Origin: Klebsormidium nitens
Lineage: Eukaryota > Plantae > Klebsormidiophyceae
Length of the DNA: 64,000 nucleotides
Assembly: GCA_000708835.1 (NCBI GenBank)
Contig: DF237068.1
Location: 100,568 to 164,567, forward strand
Direction of reading: 5' to 3'
Shown in pieces: positions 1 to 12,591 of the stretch. The notes beneath the pieces are model-generated. The model had not been told where the DNA came from, made no database searches, and was given only the letters and a program-made list of their open reading frames with translations. Position 1 is the first letter of the stretch. The number at the start of each line of letters is the position of its first letter. Both the position numbers and the translations under genes were made by a program.

Positions 1-3000
1 GAAAGCAAGGCAACAGTCAAACCCATGGTGCCAGATTCGGCCATTCGAGGTTTCACTATTTCAACCACGAGCTCCCCTCAGTCCTAGACTATGTTCTAGG
101 GACAAATTGCACCACCCGACTGCACTCACTCTCCTCAATCAGCCGCAATCAGGGCTGACACTGAGCTATACTGGGTTTCGCCTATGGATGCTGGAGAATC
201 GAGTTGCGACTCTGCAGATTTCAAGCAACGGCCCAGAAACCTCACCAAGATGATCTCGCCGGTCGAGGCAGGGGGGACAGTTTCACCATCGGCTGCTCAA
301 GCTTTGGAGAAGCATGTATCTGGCCCTTTGTCGATTTTGTGAATGTCCCGTTCTGCCTGGTGTCCCCTCTATGTGTTGCGAGCCCGGCCACTCCCTTCCG
401 ACCTAGGGTTGAGGATTGAAATTCTGTTAACAAAAGAAAACAGAAGATTTTGAGTCGTCTTCTTGGGACATGCGAAGTTGCAATGCATGTTCCGCTTTTA
501 TTTGTGCTACGTTAACACTCTTCTGTCCAACACTTTAAAATCTGGAACCCTCCAACATGATCAAAGATGCAGTGCGAGTTGGGATATGAACTTGACAACA
601 TAAGGGGAGCATGCCAGCACAAACGAACGCAGAAACACAAACTCGATGTAACACTTCCTTAAATACATCGAGACACTGCTAGCCTCCGCATACTGTGGGT
701 TCTCTTGGAGAGTTCACCTCAGATGCTGTGAAAAAGTATCTCGATAGAGGTCTCTTCCTTATGCAAACGGCCATCAGGAGTTTGGTCAATTGGACACGTC
801 CTTTTGGGGTTGAATTTTCGTTGCCCATAATGAGATCTCTTCACCTCTTCGACTGAACCTACAACAGATTGCGATTTGAGCCCGAACTATGCACAGTCTC
901 ACCTTCGCCACACTGTTCCCAAATGCCATTGTTGGTTCTTCATTTGTTGAACCACCAGCTTTCCGCTTACGGCCAACCTCTCTGTTTCCAATTTTCTTGG
1001 CCCTCAGCATTTGCCGCCTACAAAGCAGTACTCAGGTTATCATCTTGCGTTAAGGATTGAGCGGAGGCCCAGCTCACCAACCACCAAACATGCAGCTCTT
1101 GAAAGTCTTAGAGTCACCTTCAAAGCGGAAAGAAGGCACGAAGCAGGGGAGGACCTTTGGTGTCTAAAGCACGAAGGTTGAATTGACTCAGTGACAGTCA
1201 TCTTTAGTATGCCATAATTTAATGGACGAGAGGCGTCTTGCATGCACGAAATCATAGTTGTTGTGGACCAGCTCTAGAAGCTGCCAAATGCTCAAATAAA
1301 GCAGCGACGCCTCCCTTAGAAGCATTGAAACGGCCAAAAGTATTTCTACACTCAAAACTCTGCACATGAGACCCGAAGAAGTATGCACTGAGGCAGAGAG
1401 CACACTGCAGTCTAAGGTGGCAGGAGTGCAGGTCTCAGTATATTTTGAAAGTGGAATGTGTCCAAATGCATTCTAGCAAGAGAAAGTCTGAGTCACCTGG
1501 ATGTTGTATGATTGTCTATTCAGCTCCTGCTCCAGCTCAATGCCTCTGGACTGTCTGGAGCTGCAGAACTGGCCTCCAATGACTCAAGTATGACTGCACT
1601 TCGCAAACCAATCACAGCAGCTCCCTCCGTCTCGCTGGCCTTATGACCAGAAGAGCAAATGCGTAAGTTGCCATTTTATATTTGGTTGCAACGCATCAGC
1701 ATTTGCGGAAAACAGCGACCAATCGAGATCACATGGCCAACATATTGAGAGAGTTTACAGCCAGGCTGGCAATGCTGAAAGTGCTGCGCCACCAATTGTG
1801 CAGCAGGACAGTCACTTCAGCGCCCCCAATCTGATTTCATGTGCAACACTTTCTAAGAACTCCTTGCATTCTCTGCAGCGGACCAGCGTGAATGAAACGT
1901 GCTTCGAAGGAGAGCCAAGGTAGCAGCTGCCATATTCACCCGACGGCTGCGTTAGAGAAAGTCGACTTCTTCTAACGTGGGGGACAGCGTACGCCGGGGA
2001 AAATGTTTTGACAGCTTGCTGGACATTTCCGCCCTCGGGAGGCACTTCCGAGCAACTTCGACGACAGGGTGTATTTCAGCCGTATTCACCCAGTGCCGCG
2101 TCACAATCCGGAATCCGCGAACCAAATCTCCGGTTTCCTGTTTCAAGTTTCTAGAACGACCGGGGGACTAATTGCCGGGGTCATTTGACTGATCTTCATT
2201 AGGTAAGCCGAGCTCCCAGGAAGCGTTCCGGTTGCACGTCCTTCAGCCGGTATCGGCCTTCAGCCGTATTCTCCCGGCATGCGGAAAATGCAATCTAGAA
2301 TCCGAATGCCCCTTCTCTCGGCAACGTTCTCCCGGGCAGGAATTTACCAAGACGACCAGATGTAAGGGTGCCCGGTAGTATCTTACCCGTTAGAAAATCA
2401 GAGCAACGCGGAGCTGTCGATTGTGGACTATCGACGGCATACATCGAGCGGGATCGTTCTTCGACTTCAGCCGTATTCTCCCGACGTTTCATTGCGACAC
2501 GGGAGCTTCCTCGGACAACATTCACCGGGAAGACCGAAAATGGGGCGTTTGCGAGCAATAGGATCCGGTAGTAAGCCCGGGAGGACTGCCTCCCGACCTG
2601 ATTTTGAACGGTACTGGCCGTCGATGACGTTCTAAAGACGTTCTATGAACGGTCAAGATGCTCCAACGAAGCTGGTGACGTGGGCAATGCGAACCAGGTT
2701 GGCTTCATTTGCGAACACGTGGACCCATATGACCCTCCAATGCTGAGCGCAGGGAGTTCAAGTTCTGCCCAGATTGCAACAATGGCGGTCTTCCTTCAAC
2801 TTCTTCAAGTTCATTCTCAAGATGCAACTGTGGAGATACCTGTAGTAGGCAGCAGCATTCAAACCATCACTATCAGCAGAATCTCGTTTTCTAGAACACC
2901 ATTTGCGTTGCATTAGAGACGGCATCTGGGGCGTATTTGAACAGACGTTCGAAAAGCGGCAACGAAGTGCTTAGATCCGCACTGCAGATCTCTACCGGTT

Positions 3001-3052
3001 CTTGATAGATTAGCTCACGGTCTTGAGTCTTTGAAAAGTCGCAGATTCAAAG

Positions 3053-6000
3053 ATGGTGTCGACAATAGAGCCGAGCTCCCAAAATGGGCACGGTCCAGAG
3101 TCACAAAACCGGGCCGAGGTGCCAGCAGTAGAGATCAACAACCTGCATTTCACATACCCGGGTCTAGATGGACAGCCCCCTCCCGGAATGCCCCCTCTGA
3201 TCCAGGATTTCAGCATGACGCTCCAAGCCGGCAGCCGGTGTCTGCTGATCGGAGCGAACGGGGCTGGTAAGTGGGATCACTGAATGCTCAGCAATCTCCA
3301 AGATGTTGATCAAGATGAGAGGAAACCTACAGACAAATGGCAAGAAGTCTTATGCATTATACACTGGTGTAGCTCTGAAGTGAGGTCCATGAAAACACGA
3401 CACACTGAGAGCTCTTGATGGCGAAGTCTGTCTAACTGCTGATAGTGGACCGTTAATGCATATTCAAATGCTTCATCGCTCGCGCTCGAGATCACTTACT
3501 ACTACTTACTACCACATACTACTTGCACCGCTGTAAAAAGTAGTGATAACGTATCAAGGTGACTTTCTAGCCATTGGCATTGCGTGTGGTGTGTCAGTGC
3601 TTTGATAAGCTATCGATCGGAGTCCTTTTGGGGACTGTCTGGCATGATACTGGATCTAAGAATATTGGGCCTCTTGCAAGGTTAGAATGAGTCCTAGTGT
3701 GGGACCATCCAAAGTGATCTTACGCCCGTCTTGCACCACCTTTCCATCAAGCCCCTTCAGGCTTGAACGAGGCCTGTGGTCAGCAGCGATTGCCTGTCCG
3801 AGTCTGTTCGTATTGGTTGTTCCCTACCTGTTGTTGTGGAGCACTACAGAGAAGCCCAAAAGTGGAACACAGTATCACGAAATCTGGTGCTCTAGAGCAT
3901 GTTTTCTTCACTCGGCATCCTGCACTGTCCGCCTGAGAGGATCGCCAAGCTTCTTCTTCCTCCGGCCCTTACTTGTCCTGCCAGACGCTCTACGTACATC
4001 ATCAGGAATGATTCTTCTGCTGTTTCCAATGATGTTCTCTGCCCTGGCTTACAGGCAAGACGACGCTTCTCAAAATCCTCGGCGGAAAGCACATGGTAGA
4101 CCCTTCGATGGTGCGGGTGTTGGGACGCTCAGCATTCCATGACACAACTCTGGAGTCAAGCGGGGAGCTTTCTTACTTGGGAGGAGAGGTAAGCGCAACG
4201 CTTACGTTATCTGGTGTTGGCTTCCAGCCGGATGCTCTTCACTTGTGTCGACCTTTTGGAGTTGTCAGTGTCACAGGGATCACAGTTTGTCGGCTTATGC
4301 CGACCCCTGCATCTACAGAACGATTGAAGAGGAAGCATCCTCAGGGGTCTTTGAAGGCGTTTCAAGGCGATTGCGGTACTAAAGCAGCTAAGGGGGTGTG
4401 GAGCTCTAATGGCTAAGTGACAGCTCCCCCCCTCGGGATGCGGTCTGTGGTAGCTGCCGCCAAGATATCTACTCTATCAATGACCATCACAATAGCTTGC
4501 ACACAGGGAATGTTGTTTAGAAGGAAAACGATTACTTTGATCCTGCACTCGTCGTTCTTTCCGCTGGCCCTGCTTCACTGCCTTTTAATGGATAATCCTT
4601 TCAAATTGATTATCAGGTGCAGACAACATGTGTGCAGCTTCAGTTGATTTGTCTTGCCGATTGACGGATATTCTTTCGCGCATTTCCTTTTAGTGGAGGA
4701 GGGACGTCGCTTTCGCGGGCTTTGATGTGCCAATTCAAATGGACGTCAGTGCACGGAAGATGATTTTTGGGGTACAGGCAGACCCTGCAAGGCGGGATCG
4801 ATTGATCAAGGTGAGTTGTCTGAAATCCTGTAGTTTGCAAGTTTTTTGTGATGTCCCAATATCGCCAAAAGAAGTGGCCGACATGTAGGGGGTTGAGGTA
4901 GGCGCTGCAAGGGTCCCTGCTTATTGAGCTGCCAGCAGACAAAAGCCTGAGGAGACAGGGGAAGCTGCAACCGATAGGTTTTTTCAAGTTGTTGATGGAG
5001 TGTTAGAACGACAATCTGTGTGCGCGAGTTTGATCATCTTAGAAGAAGCAATGGTTCCTCTCGTTTGACAGAAGACCGAGAAGGATTCAGGAGCAGAGTT
5101 GTAGCATGTCCTCAAAGAAAACATGGACACACCAGGCATAACACCGCACAAGATAAATATCCTTCAGACACCGCGGATTGCTTCATCATTGTGGAAAAAG
5201 CTGCAACTAGCTGACTATGAATCATAGTTGGCAGTTGACCATGAACCCTTGGATTTACCCCAACCATCATACCGCCTCTCATGATTTGAACCCCCATAAT
5301 AGGAGCTCCTTCAAGTCGTCGAAGGGACTCGACACAAGTTACCTTGTGATTCACCATATTGCCCGGCTTCTGGTCACATGACGTAATAACGTTCTTTTCC
5401 AGGTTCTGGACATCGACCTGGATTGGAGGTTACACACAGTGTCGGACGGGCAGCGGCGGAGGGTCCAGATCTGCATGGGTCTGCTCAAGCCGTTCAAGGT
5501 CAGTGTCATGATTCGGGCCAGACTTGGACCCCTTACAACAAAGAAAACGTGTAATTGTCGACGGGATGTTTCGATACAACTCCAAAAGGCTGGGACTACA
5601 GAATATTGTCGAAACTCGTGAGATTCGCACCTACCAAATTGCGGATTGGCGCTGCAACATGTTGACCTTGCATTTGACAGGTTCAAGGGGAGAGTCCTCC
5701 GTTTCTAGTCTCTCTTTGTTCCGAGCGCGAGAACCGCAGACGGTCTGCCAATCAGGCATGAAGTGGTGCAAGATCCATTTTTTCGAGACTCGGATTGGGC
5801 CACTTGTCACCTGAGGTTTGGCAATATTGGACTGGAACTTTTCCTCTGGAGGGGAGACAACTGAGCTTCCGGCGACGCTTATGTCACTTGTGTCTTTTAC
5901 ACAAGGAGATCGGATTGCATTTTTTTTTTGGAGGCCCAGACATTTTGCGAGGAGTCAAAGGTAAACGACGGAGATGCGCTCAAAAACAATGATTTTGGCA

Positions 6001-8346
6001 ATTTTGTTTAGGGCGAGTGTGTAACCAACCTTTTCTGTACTTGCAGAGGTCGCGTCTGATTCGTCGTTTGTAACGAGCTTGTCATTAACTTCGATCAAGC
6101 CCTTGTGTCATGGTCCAGATAATAAAAATCAAAAAAATCACCCCGACTGGGTGGGTTGCCGAGGATATAAGCCTCTGCACCGGACATACTTTTGGTGGTC
6201 CCCATCCGGAGTGCTACTGTTGGATGACGTCACAAAAGTGTCAGACGTGTCAGCGTGGACTTCTCAGATCCTGGTTGCAGGACAAAACCACCGTGGAACA
6301 GCACAGTGTCACCGTTCATCGTTTGCCAGGAGGTTCTTTGGAAAGAACGACGTCAACAGACCGTCACTGTGCTCCAACAATGCTGATTGAGAACTACCAA
6401 TTGATCTTTCCTAGGTGTTGCTACTGGACGAGATCACGGTGGATTTGGACGTCCTGGCGAGGGCGGACCTGCTGACGTTCCTGGTGTCCGAATGCGCGGA
6501 GCGGGGGGCGACCATCATTTACGCCACGCACATATTCGACGGCCTCGACAAGTGGGCCACGCACATCGTGAGTTGAATCTTGATCTCTCTTGTCGGAGCT
6601 GTTCAGATTTTCCATCTGGAAAAAGGCGTCGTGCGCAATGTGGTTGATCCGAGTAGCGGGCGTGCGGAAGAGGGAATAGTGCTAATGCGACTTGCTCGGG
6701 TTAAAGCGACGGGGTTCCAAGCTTTATCTGTCGCTATAAATGCCGGTGGACGTAAGCGAAAGGAGCATTGAAACACGGCCACAAGAGTCGGCGTGCAGCC
6801 ATCGTAAATTCGGCCTACTCCTTCACAATCGATTGTGATGTCATTGGAAAGTTCGGAAGGACCACGCACTTGATTGTGGATTTACATTGGTTGGCAACGA
6901 GCATGATGAAACAATCCGATTCGACTGTACACCAGCGGCCACCCGACTCTGCATCGCGTGTGGGCTGTCTTATGAGCTTCCCAAGCGATCCCAGTTGCTA
7001 TCAACATGATTGGCTTGTTCTTCATTTGTTTCTCTCGCACTCTGGTGGGCCAAGCTGATGTTTTTTTTTCCCGTAGACAGAGCTGGTGAATTGCTGACTT
7101 TGCCTTCTGTTTGATACTCCGCCTTTCTGCTCCATTTGGAACAGAGAGCTTCGGTGATTCGTCATCCGTTGCGAATCACGAGCATTACGAGCATGGATTT
7201 TGAGTCCAGAAGTCAAGACTTTCGCTCGCATCATATCCCGGGTTTGGACGACACTGACCGCTTTTTTCCTTCGGTCTCGTTGCCACAGTCGTACGTCGCC
7301 CAGGGGACCCTCCAGCTGTTTGAACCGGCGGAAGCCATCCCCGAGCTGAAAGAGATGTCGCTTATGGTGAGACTGCCCACCTTCCGTTTCCGTTCCATCT
7401 TTTCTCGTATGTTTTGCACCGGAAAAGCGTTCCGGTCCTAAGGGACGGCTGTTCGAGCTGGTGGAGGCGATCCCCGAGCTCAAAGAGATGTCGCTGCTCG
7501 TAGTGAGACATCTGCACCGTCCACCTTTTCCGTCCGCTTTCCGGGAAGATCTGCACCAAAAATGTGTTTCATTTGTGGTTCGGAATAGCAAAGAGCAACG
7601 TCGTGCCTAGAGAGGGAATTGGGTGCTCGAACCGAGCGAATCAGGCGAGCTCAACTGCGCTCGCTTTAAGGCTCTGGATGCATCCTGTGCGGTGTGTCTC
7701 AAACTTAATGTTTTTTTGACTTGCGCCACAGTGAACGCGTTCTGCCATTCCGTTAGTCGAAAAGTGCGCACAGCGAGATTTGTCTAAACAGACTGCTGAC
7801 CCATTCCGGTGTCACACCGGCCCACCATATTTTGTTACACGTTGTCATCTGCGTGGCCGCATCTCCAACCATTCGGACGCCCTTAGCCAGTTCGGACGCC
7901 CCTTGGATGTTTCGGGACGCCGTGCACCCGTCCGAAATATTGTCAATTCGTTTAGACACTATTGAAGCCATTTGGACGCCTTCAGTCTCGTTCGGACGCG
8001 TGTAAAGGAAAACGCTTTCTGGACGCGCGTAAAGCCGGTTCGATGCCCCCAACCCAATCGGACGTCCTTAAGTGTTTGGAAGCCCGTTCGGACGGCCTTA
8101 ACGCGCTCGGACGCCTTCAGAACTCGTGTGGCGCACATTAACCCGTTTCGGACGCCCTTTCTCCTGCAGCGGACGGTCGAGAAGTGGTTGCGCGCGGACC
8201 AGGCGCTTGTGAAGGCCGCCCGGAAGCGTCAAAAGGAGGAGGCCGACAAGCGGCCGGCCGCGATGCTTATGAACAACGGCTGGGCGGGGGGGCGGCTCAC
8301 GAGCACTGTGGCGCTGCCCCATAGCAGCAACCGGGTGCTGCGATAG
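3053..8346 (+). CDS. ABCI20: ABC transporter I family soluble ATPase (ABCI20/NAP9, CAF16-like), 7 exons, about 322 aa
   Basis: Exons 3053-3266, 4055-4188, 4694-4810, 5403-5498, 6415-6567, 7289-7366, 8170-8346, all GT-AG and phase-consistent. Walker A GANGAGKT is split by intron 1; signature [10 protein letters not shown]; Walker B LLLDE; H-loop YATHIFDGL; C-terminus [12 protein letters not shown]...SSNRVLR as in plant ABCI20. Confidence 0.93.
7440..7508 (+). repeat. Degenerate intronic copy of the 3' part and donor of ABCI20 exon 6
   Basis: Reads [21 protein letters not shown]|gtgaga versus the used exon [22 protein letters not shown]|gtgaga at 7301-7372. Confidence 0.85.
7872..8158. repeat. 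Irregular array of about 10 (T)TCGGACG(C) motifs in the last intron of ABCI20
   Basis: Motif or close variant near 7873, 7891, 7911, 7972, 7991, 8018, 8058, 8087, 8107 and 8148; one inverted copy (CGTCCGAAA) near 7930. Confidence 0.75.
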
Positions 8347-11300
8347 CTTAAAGGTTGGCAGCACGGTATTGAAGGTGACAAGGTGATTTGTTGGTGGATA
8401 GTGAAGGGTGACACCGCCGCAAATTGATAGCTCGAGTCGAAGACAAGAAAGGGAAAGGGGCTGCTAAGCAGGAATTTTACTTGAAAAGAAGGCCCGTTCA
8501 TGGGAATTGTCAGGGGGAAGTTTTAGGGTAAAGACTGAACCGGCGAACGATAAAAATCCAGTAAGTCGAAAATCCAGTAGGTCGCTCACGCCGTACAATC
8601 CTTGTACAGCGTCAAGGCCGGACACAGTCGCTGGTTCGGCGGGGGTAGCATCCGACGGCTGCTGAGGTTTGCAAAAGTTGTTCTTTAAGCCTTGGTCCCT
8701 CGCAGTCGGATCGGATTCAACTCACAAAAGTGTAGCCATATCGAAAGGTACCTAACTCATTAATCAGGTAATAGCATGACGCCTCGAAAAAAAGTTTCTC
8801 CAGAACCACTTTTTCAATCGAGTTGAGACCAGGCTTCATAACATTGTCCCGGGCTCGACTCAGAATCCTACTTGCAATGGAGGAGCACGTGAATATGATT
8901 CAAGATTTGAGCAGGCTCATGATTCAGTGCATGACGGTCTCAGACGCCAGGCTGGTCTGACCATGCATGGCATCATCCTTCATTCATGTTAACTTCAAAC
9001 CTGCGAACCCGGCCTTGATCAGATCCGATCTGGTGATGCCGGTAGGCGATAGGCGCCTGGATGCTGAGCGCTGGCCCGCGCCCGAAGCAATAAACAATCA
9101 TGTACTAATATTGCCATGAGCGTTCGATTGAATGATCTGATCATTGTCAGTCACTGAGATTGCATAAGTTCGCTGACTCGTGATGAAGCATATGCCAAGG
9201 CACTCACTAAATGATCATGAGTCCAATTGCAAGGCGCTAGTTGGCCCGCTGGGGGGCAGCTCACATTAGTACTAAATCCACTCGGGCACTGAGGCCGCGC
9301 CGTGCGGCACCGTTTGATCGCGGCGGGCCTCCTTACTACGGTAGCTCGGACGCACAAACTAGGATTTATGGGAATCTAACATGTGCCATACTACGGTCCG
9401 CTCATCAGTGCAGCCCGTAATACCAGCCGCCGCGCTTGACGCCGCACTGATCTTTTCGAAGTTTCATTCAAAGCATAATACGCGACGAGCTGCCGCGTTC
9501 CATTAAAGCGGTCACGGGTTCCCGAGCTTGATTCAGATCAGTATGCCGGGAGCATAGGGGTTTCTCTGCATAAAATGCCGGGCTCGTGCACTGACATTCG
9601 AAACAAGAGGGCCCGTATACACTTCTGATTTGCCAGTTGAGAATCGTGAAACAGCGCTAGATTGCAATAGATCCGGCAAAATGCGAAATCATCATTGACT
9701 GGCTTTCTGTCGATATCAAAGTATTGTTGATGCGCCTATTGCAAATATACCGCATCCCTCGCAGTCACTAGGCTAGGTCAGACAGAGTGATCCTGGACGT
9801 ATTCTCCGTAGTAGGTACGCCGGTTCTGATCGACGCCTGCGCAAAAGCAAATATGCAAGGTGATCTTCGATAATCGTTCAGCGGGCTGATTACTGAATGC
9901 GGAATCCTGCAGTAGTCATAAGATAGTCACTTGATGCTCCACATATGCAGAATGAGAGTCGCTCACATACGCAATTCCTGCATGAGTCTGTGCTGCAAAA
10001 GAAACACCGTATTCCACTCTGACGCAATCTGAGTGCCTCAGTAAACTTGAACAATTAGCAGTGGGCCAGTCTTCCAAGCCGCGCGCCGTTGCACTGGTCT
10101 CGAGCAAAAAGGGGGGGGACCCAAAAGCGAAGGTCGGTGGTCGGTTTCGACAAGCGTCGAACCGACGTGGTTTTGCTCCGCACGGGAGATCCCATGCAAA
10201 TGCCCCGAAGGGCGGTCAGCCAGAAGGCCAACGGCGAGTTTTGTATTGCTACACCGATAGACTAGTTTGCTACTCACATAATTATTCAATCCTTCGATCT
10301 CTGGTGACGTCACCGACCGGGCTGACAACTTACCGGACTTTTCGTTCCTTCCGTTTTTGATGCTGCCAACGCGCATTCGGTATGTCTAGGGAGAATACGG
10401 TACTCCAAAACTTTCAGAACAGTCCCAGCAGGAAAAGATCAGCACAGAAAAAGGAACAGTCCGCAACATTCAAGACTCAGCGACGTGTCGAATTTTTGCG
10501 CGCCAGGGTTTGTTTAGAGCGCCTAGCCCCTATGAAATCCGTGTGAGGGAGGGCCGCTGTGTCAATCTGTCTAAGGGACTTTTAATCAAGATACCCAAGA
10601 GTGACGCATCGATCTGGCGGGCAGCCATAAGGGGAGAATTTTCTGCACAAGAGACGACGCTTGATAAAGGTATGGCGTCAGTTTTTGTTCATGGTTTGAA
10701 TTACCGCGAGTTGTGATCTTTCATGAGCAAGAGAGGTTTGTCAATATGCTGCGAGAAGACTCTGTCTAAAAGGAGCTGACTGTATTTGATCAAGCTTTCT
10801 TCGAGCCATGGCTTTGTCGGACGTTTTCTTGTTCGGACTTTTTTGTTCAAAGAGCTGTTGCAGAACTAACACTGTCGCCTTCTTTTGCTGGAAGAAGCCG
10901 TGCGAGAGAAGACGTTGAATAGAATAGCTCATGAACACAATCATCGCGCGGTGGCGTCCCCTTACTGCTGAACCATTCATTCAGGTTGGACGTGAAAAAC
11001 GTGAAGGTAGCGGAGTCTAGAGAATCGCCGAACATCAAATTCTTGTTGGTATGTTCAGCAATCAAAGCAGGGAGTAACCCAGTTTTGGGTCAGATCCTTC
11101 AACTCCGTAAGAACACACGATTGGGTCATGAAGTTTGTTTGAGCTTTTTCAGTCCGCGGATATCAGGCTCTCTCGGCCTTGATTGACTGGAACTTTCTTA
11201 GATACAACGGAGCATGCGTTTCGAAGCGTGACGTTTTGTTGATCAGTGCTGATTCGAAGGACGCTTGAAAGCTGACGCTGAATAGATCCGGATACATTGA

Positions 11301-11720
11301 TTGTTGCCCCAGCTGCTATCCAGTGCTGCCGTCACGCCTTTTGGGGGTTTACGTCACGAAGTGGAAACTCGCATAATCTGCTCTAAGAATGATCAGTTGT
11401 ATTCCGTGTGGTAGACGTTGTGGGCGCGTATATCACTCGCCCTTTAATTCCTTCCTTTTTATTCAACGTCTAAGAACCCAAAGGGAGCGGATGCCCGTCT
11501 CGTTAGAGGCCTCCCTTTGTATTTAGTGGCGACGCAATTGAGTCTCATTCGAGGTGAATCCGTGCTTCGCAATTTTTTGGCTTTCACACCCGAGCGATTT
11601 CCTCGTGTGCATAATCAAGCGCGCCGTGGATCTTCTCATCATCTTCGCCGGTCCCCCTCCAAAGCTGGTGTCTTGCTGTGCAGGGTCTTTGAGCCATTCT
11701 TGCAGCGCCACGCGGCAGCA

Positions 11721-12591
11721 ATGGGCCTCTTCGCTTCAATCTTCCACTGCCGCTGCTTCGAGTCGGCCTCCTCGAAGCGCGCGGCCGCGCCCGCTGCGAC
11801 CGCCCTGCCAGCTGGCAGAGATGCGCGCGAGCAGAGGCGCGCAGAGCTGGCCGCGACCGGAGCCGCCAACGCGATGGCCGAGAGTGACCTTCCGGAGGGC
11901 GCTGAAAAGTGAGTCCGCTTCCGGTTCCGGTCCCGCTCTTCCGTCTTCCTTCTGAGGTGCTTTGTGCGTGAGAGCGGCCGACAGCGACCTTCCCAAAGGG
12001 GCGGAAGAGTAAGAAGCCGTTTCCGACCTTTTACTTACACTGAAAAGAGGATGAAGCAGCAAACGCGGGCGGCAGAAAGCCTTTGACTCATCGATTTTCA
12101 CCTCTCAACTGCTTAGATCCTGGTAAGGAGTTACAAGGACCTTAGAACGGATGATCCGCGCAATCGCCCCATTGCACCTGGTTCCGGACCACTTTGATGA
12201 CTCGTCATCTCTTTCCCTTGGTCTTACTTTTTTCCGTTCCAGCTTTCTTTCCTAGCGCAACTGCTGTATTGAATGCCGCAAAGGGCGGCAGTTGTTAGAA
12301 TCTGCAACTCGTCGATGGTATCAAGCTCAACTTCCGTCGCGCTTCAAACATCTAGAGTACCAAGCGAAACACTTGTGGTAATAGAAAGACGTACAGGAAT
12401 TTCTCTTATGCAGGTTAAGTGCTCCAGTCCACGATGCACAGGAGACGCACAAGGGCGACGAAGACTACATGGGCGAGTACGGTGCTTCCGTCAGACAATT
12501 CCCGTCGCCGGACCACGATGAGAAAAAGATGGCCAAGTATGGGGCGAGGGCGGAAGAGCCGTCAGAAGAGGCGCGCTTCGTCGGCGCTTAA
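11721..12591 (+). CDS. Small two-exon orphan protein (121 aa) with N-terminal myristoylation/S-acylation-like motif
   Basis: Exon 1 11721-11908 (donor gtgagt, phase 2) and exon 2 12414-12591 (acceptor ttctcttatgcag) join in frame: MGLFASIFHCRCFESASSKRAAAPAA...GAEK-LSAPVHDAQETHKGDEDYMGEYG...EEARFVGA*. Exons are GC-rich and the intron is pyrimidine-rich. No homolog recognised. Confidence 0.6.

Noticed and set aside
1690-2045. Kinase-like GEYGSCYLG and RT-like YVGHVIS strings on the minus strand
   Set aside because: Isolated short matches in different frames with stops and no other subdomain motifs.
7074-7092. 9-nt microexon (tag|ACAGAGCTG|gtgaat) in ABCI20 intron 5
   Set aside because: Exons 5 and 6 join correctly without it and there is no homology evidence for an insertion.
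8500-11500. Gene or transposon in the 3-kb gap after ABCI20
   Set aside because: Only short ORFs (112 aa or less) without motifs or consistent splice pairs; one isolated hairpin near 10138-10168.
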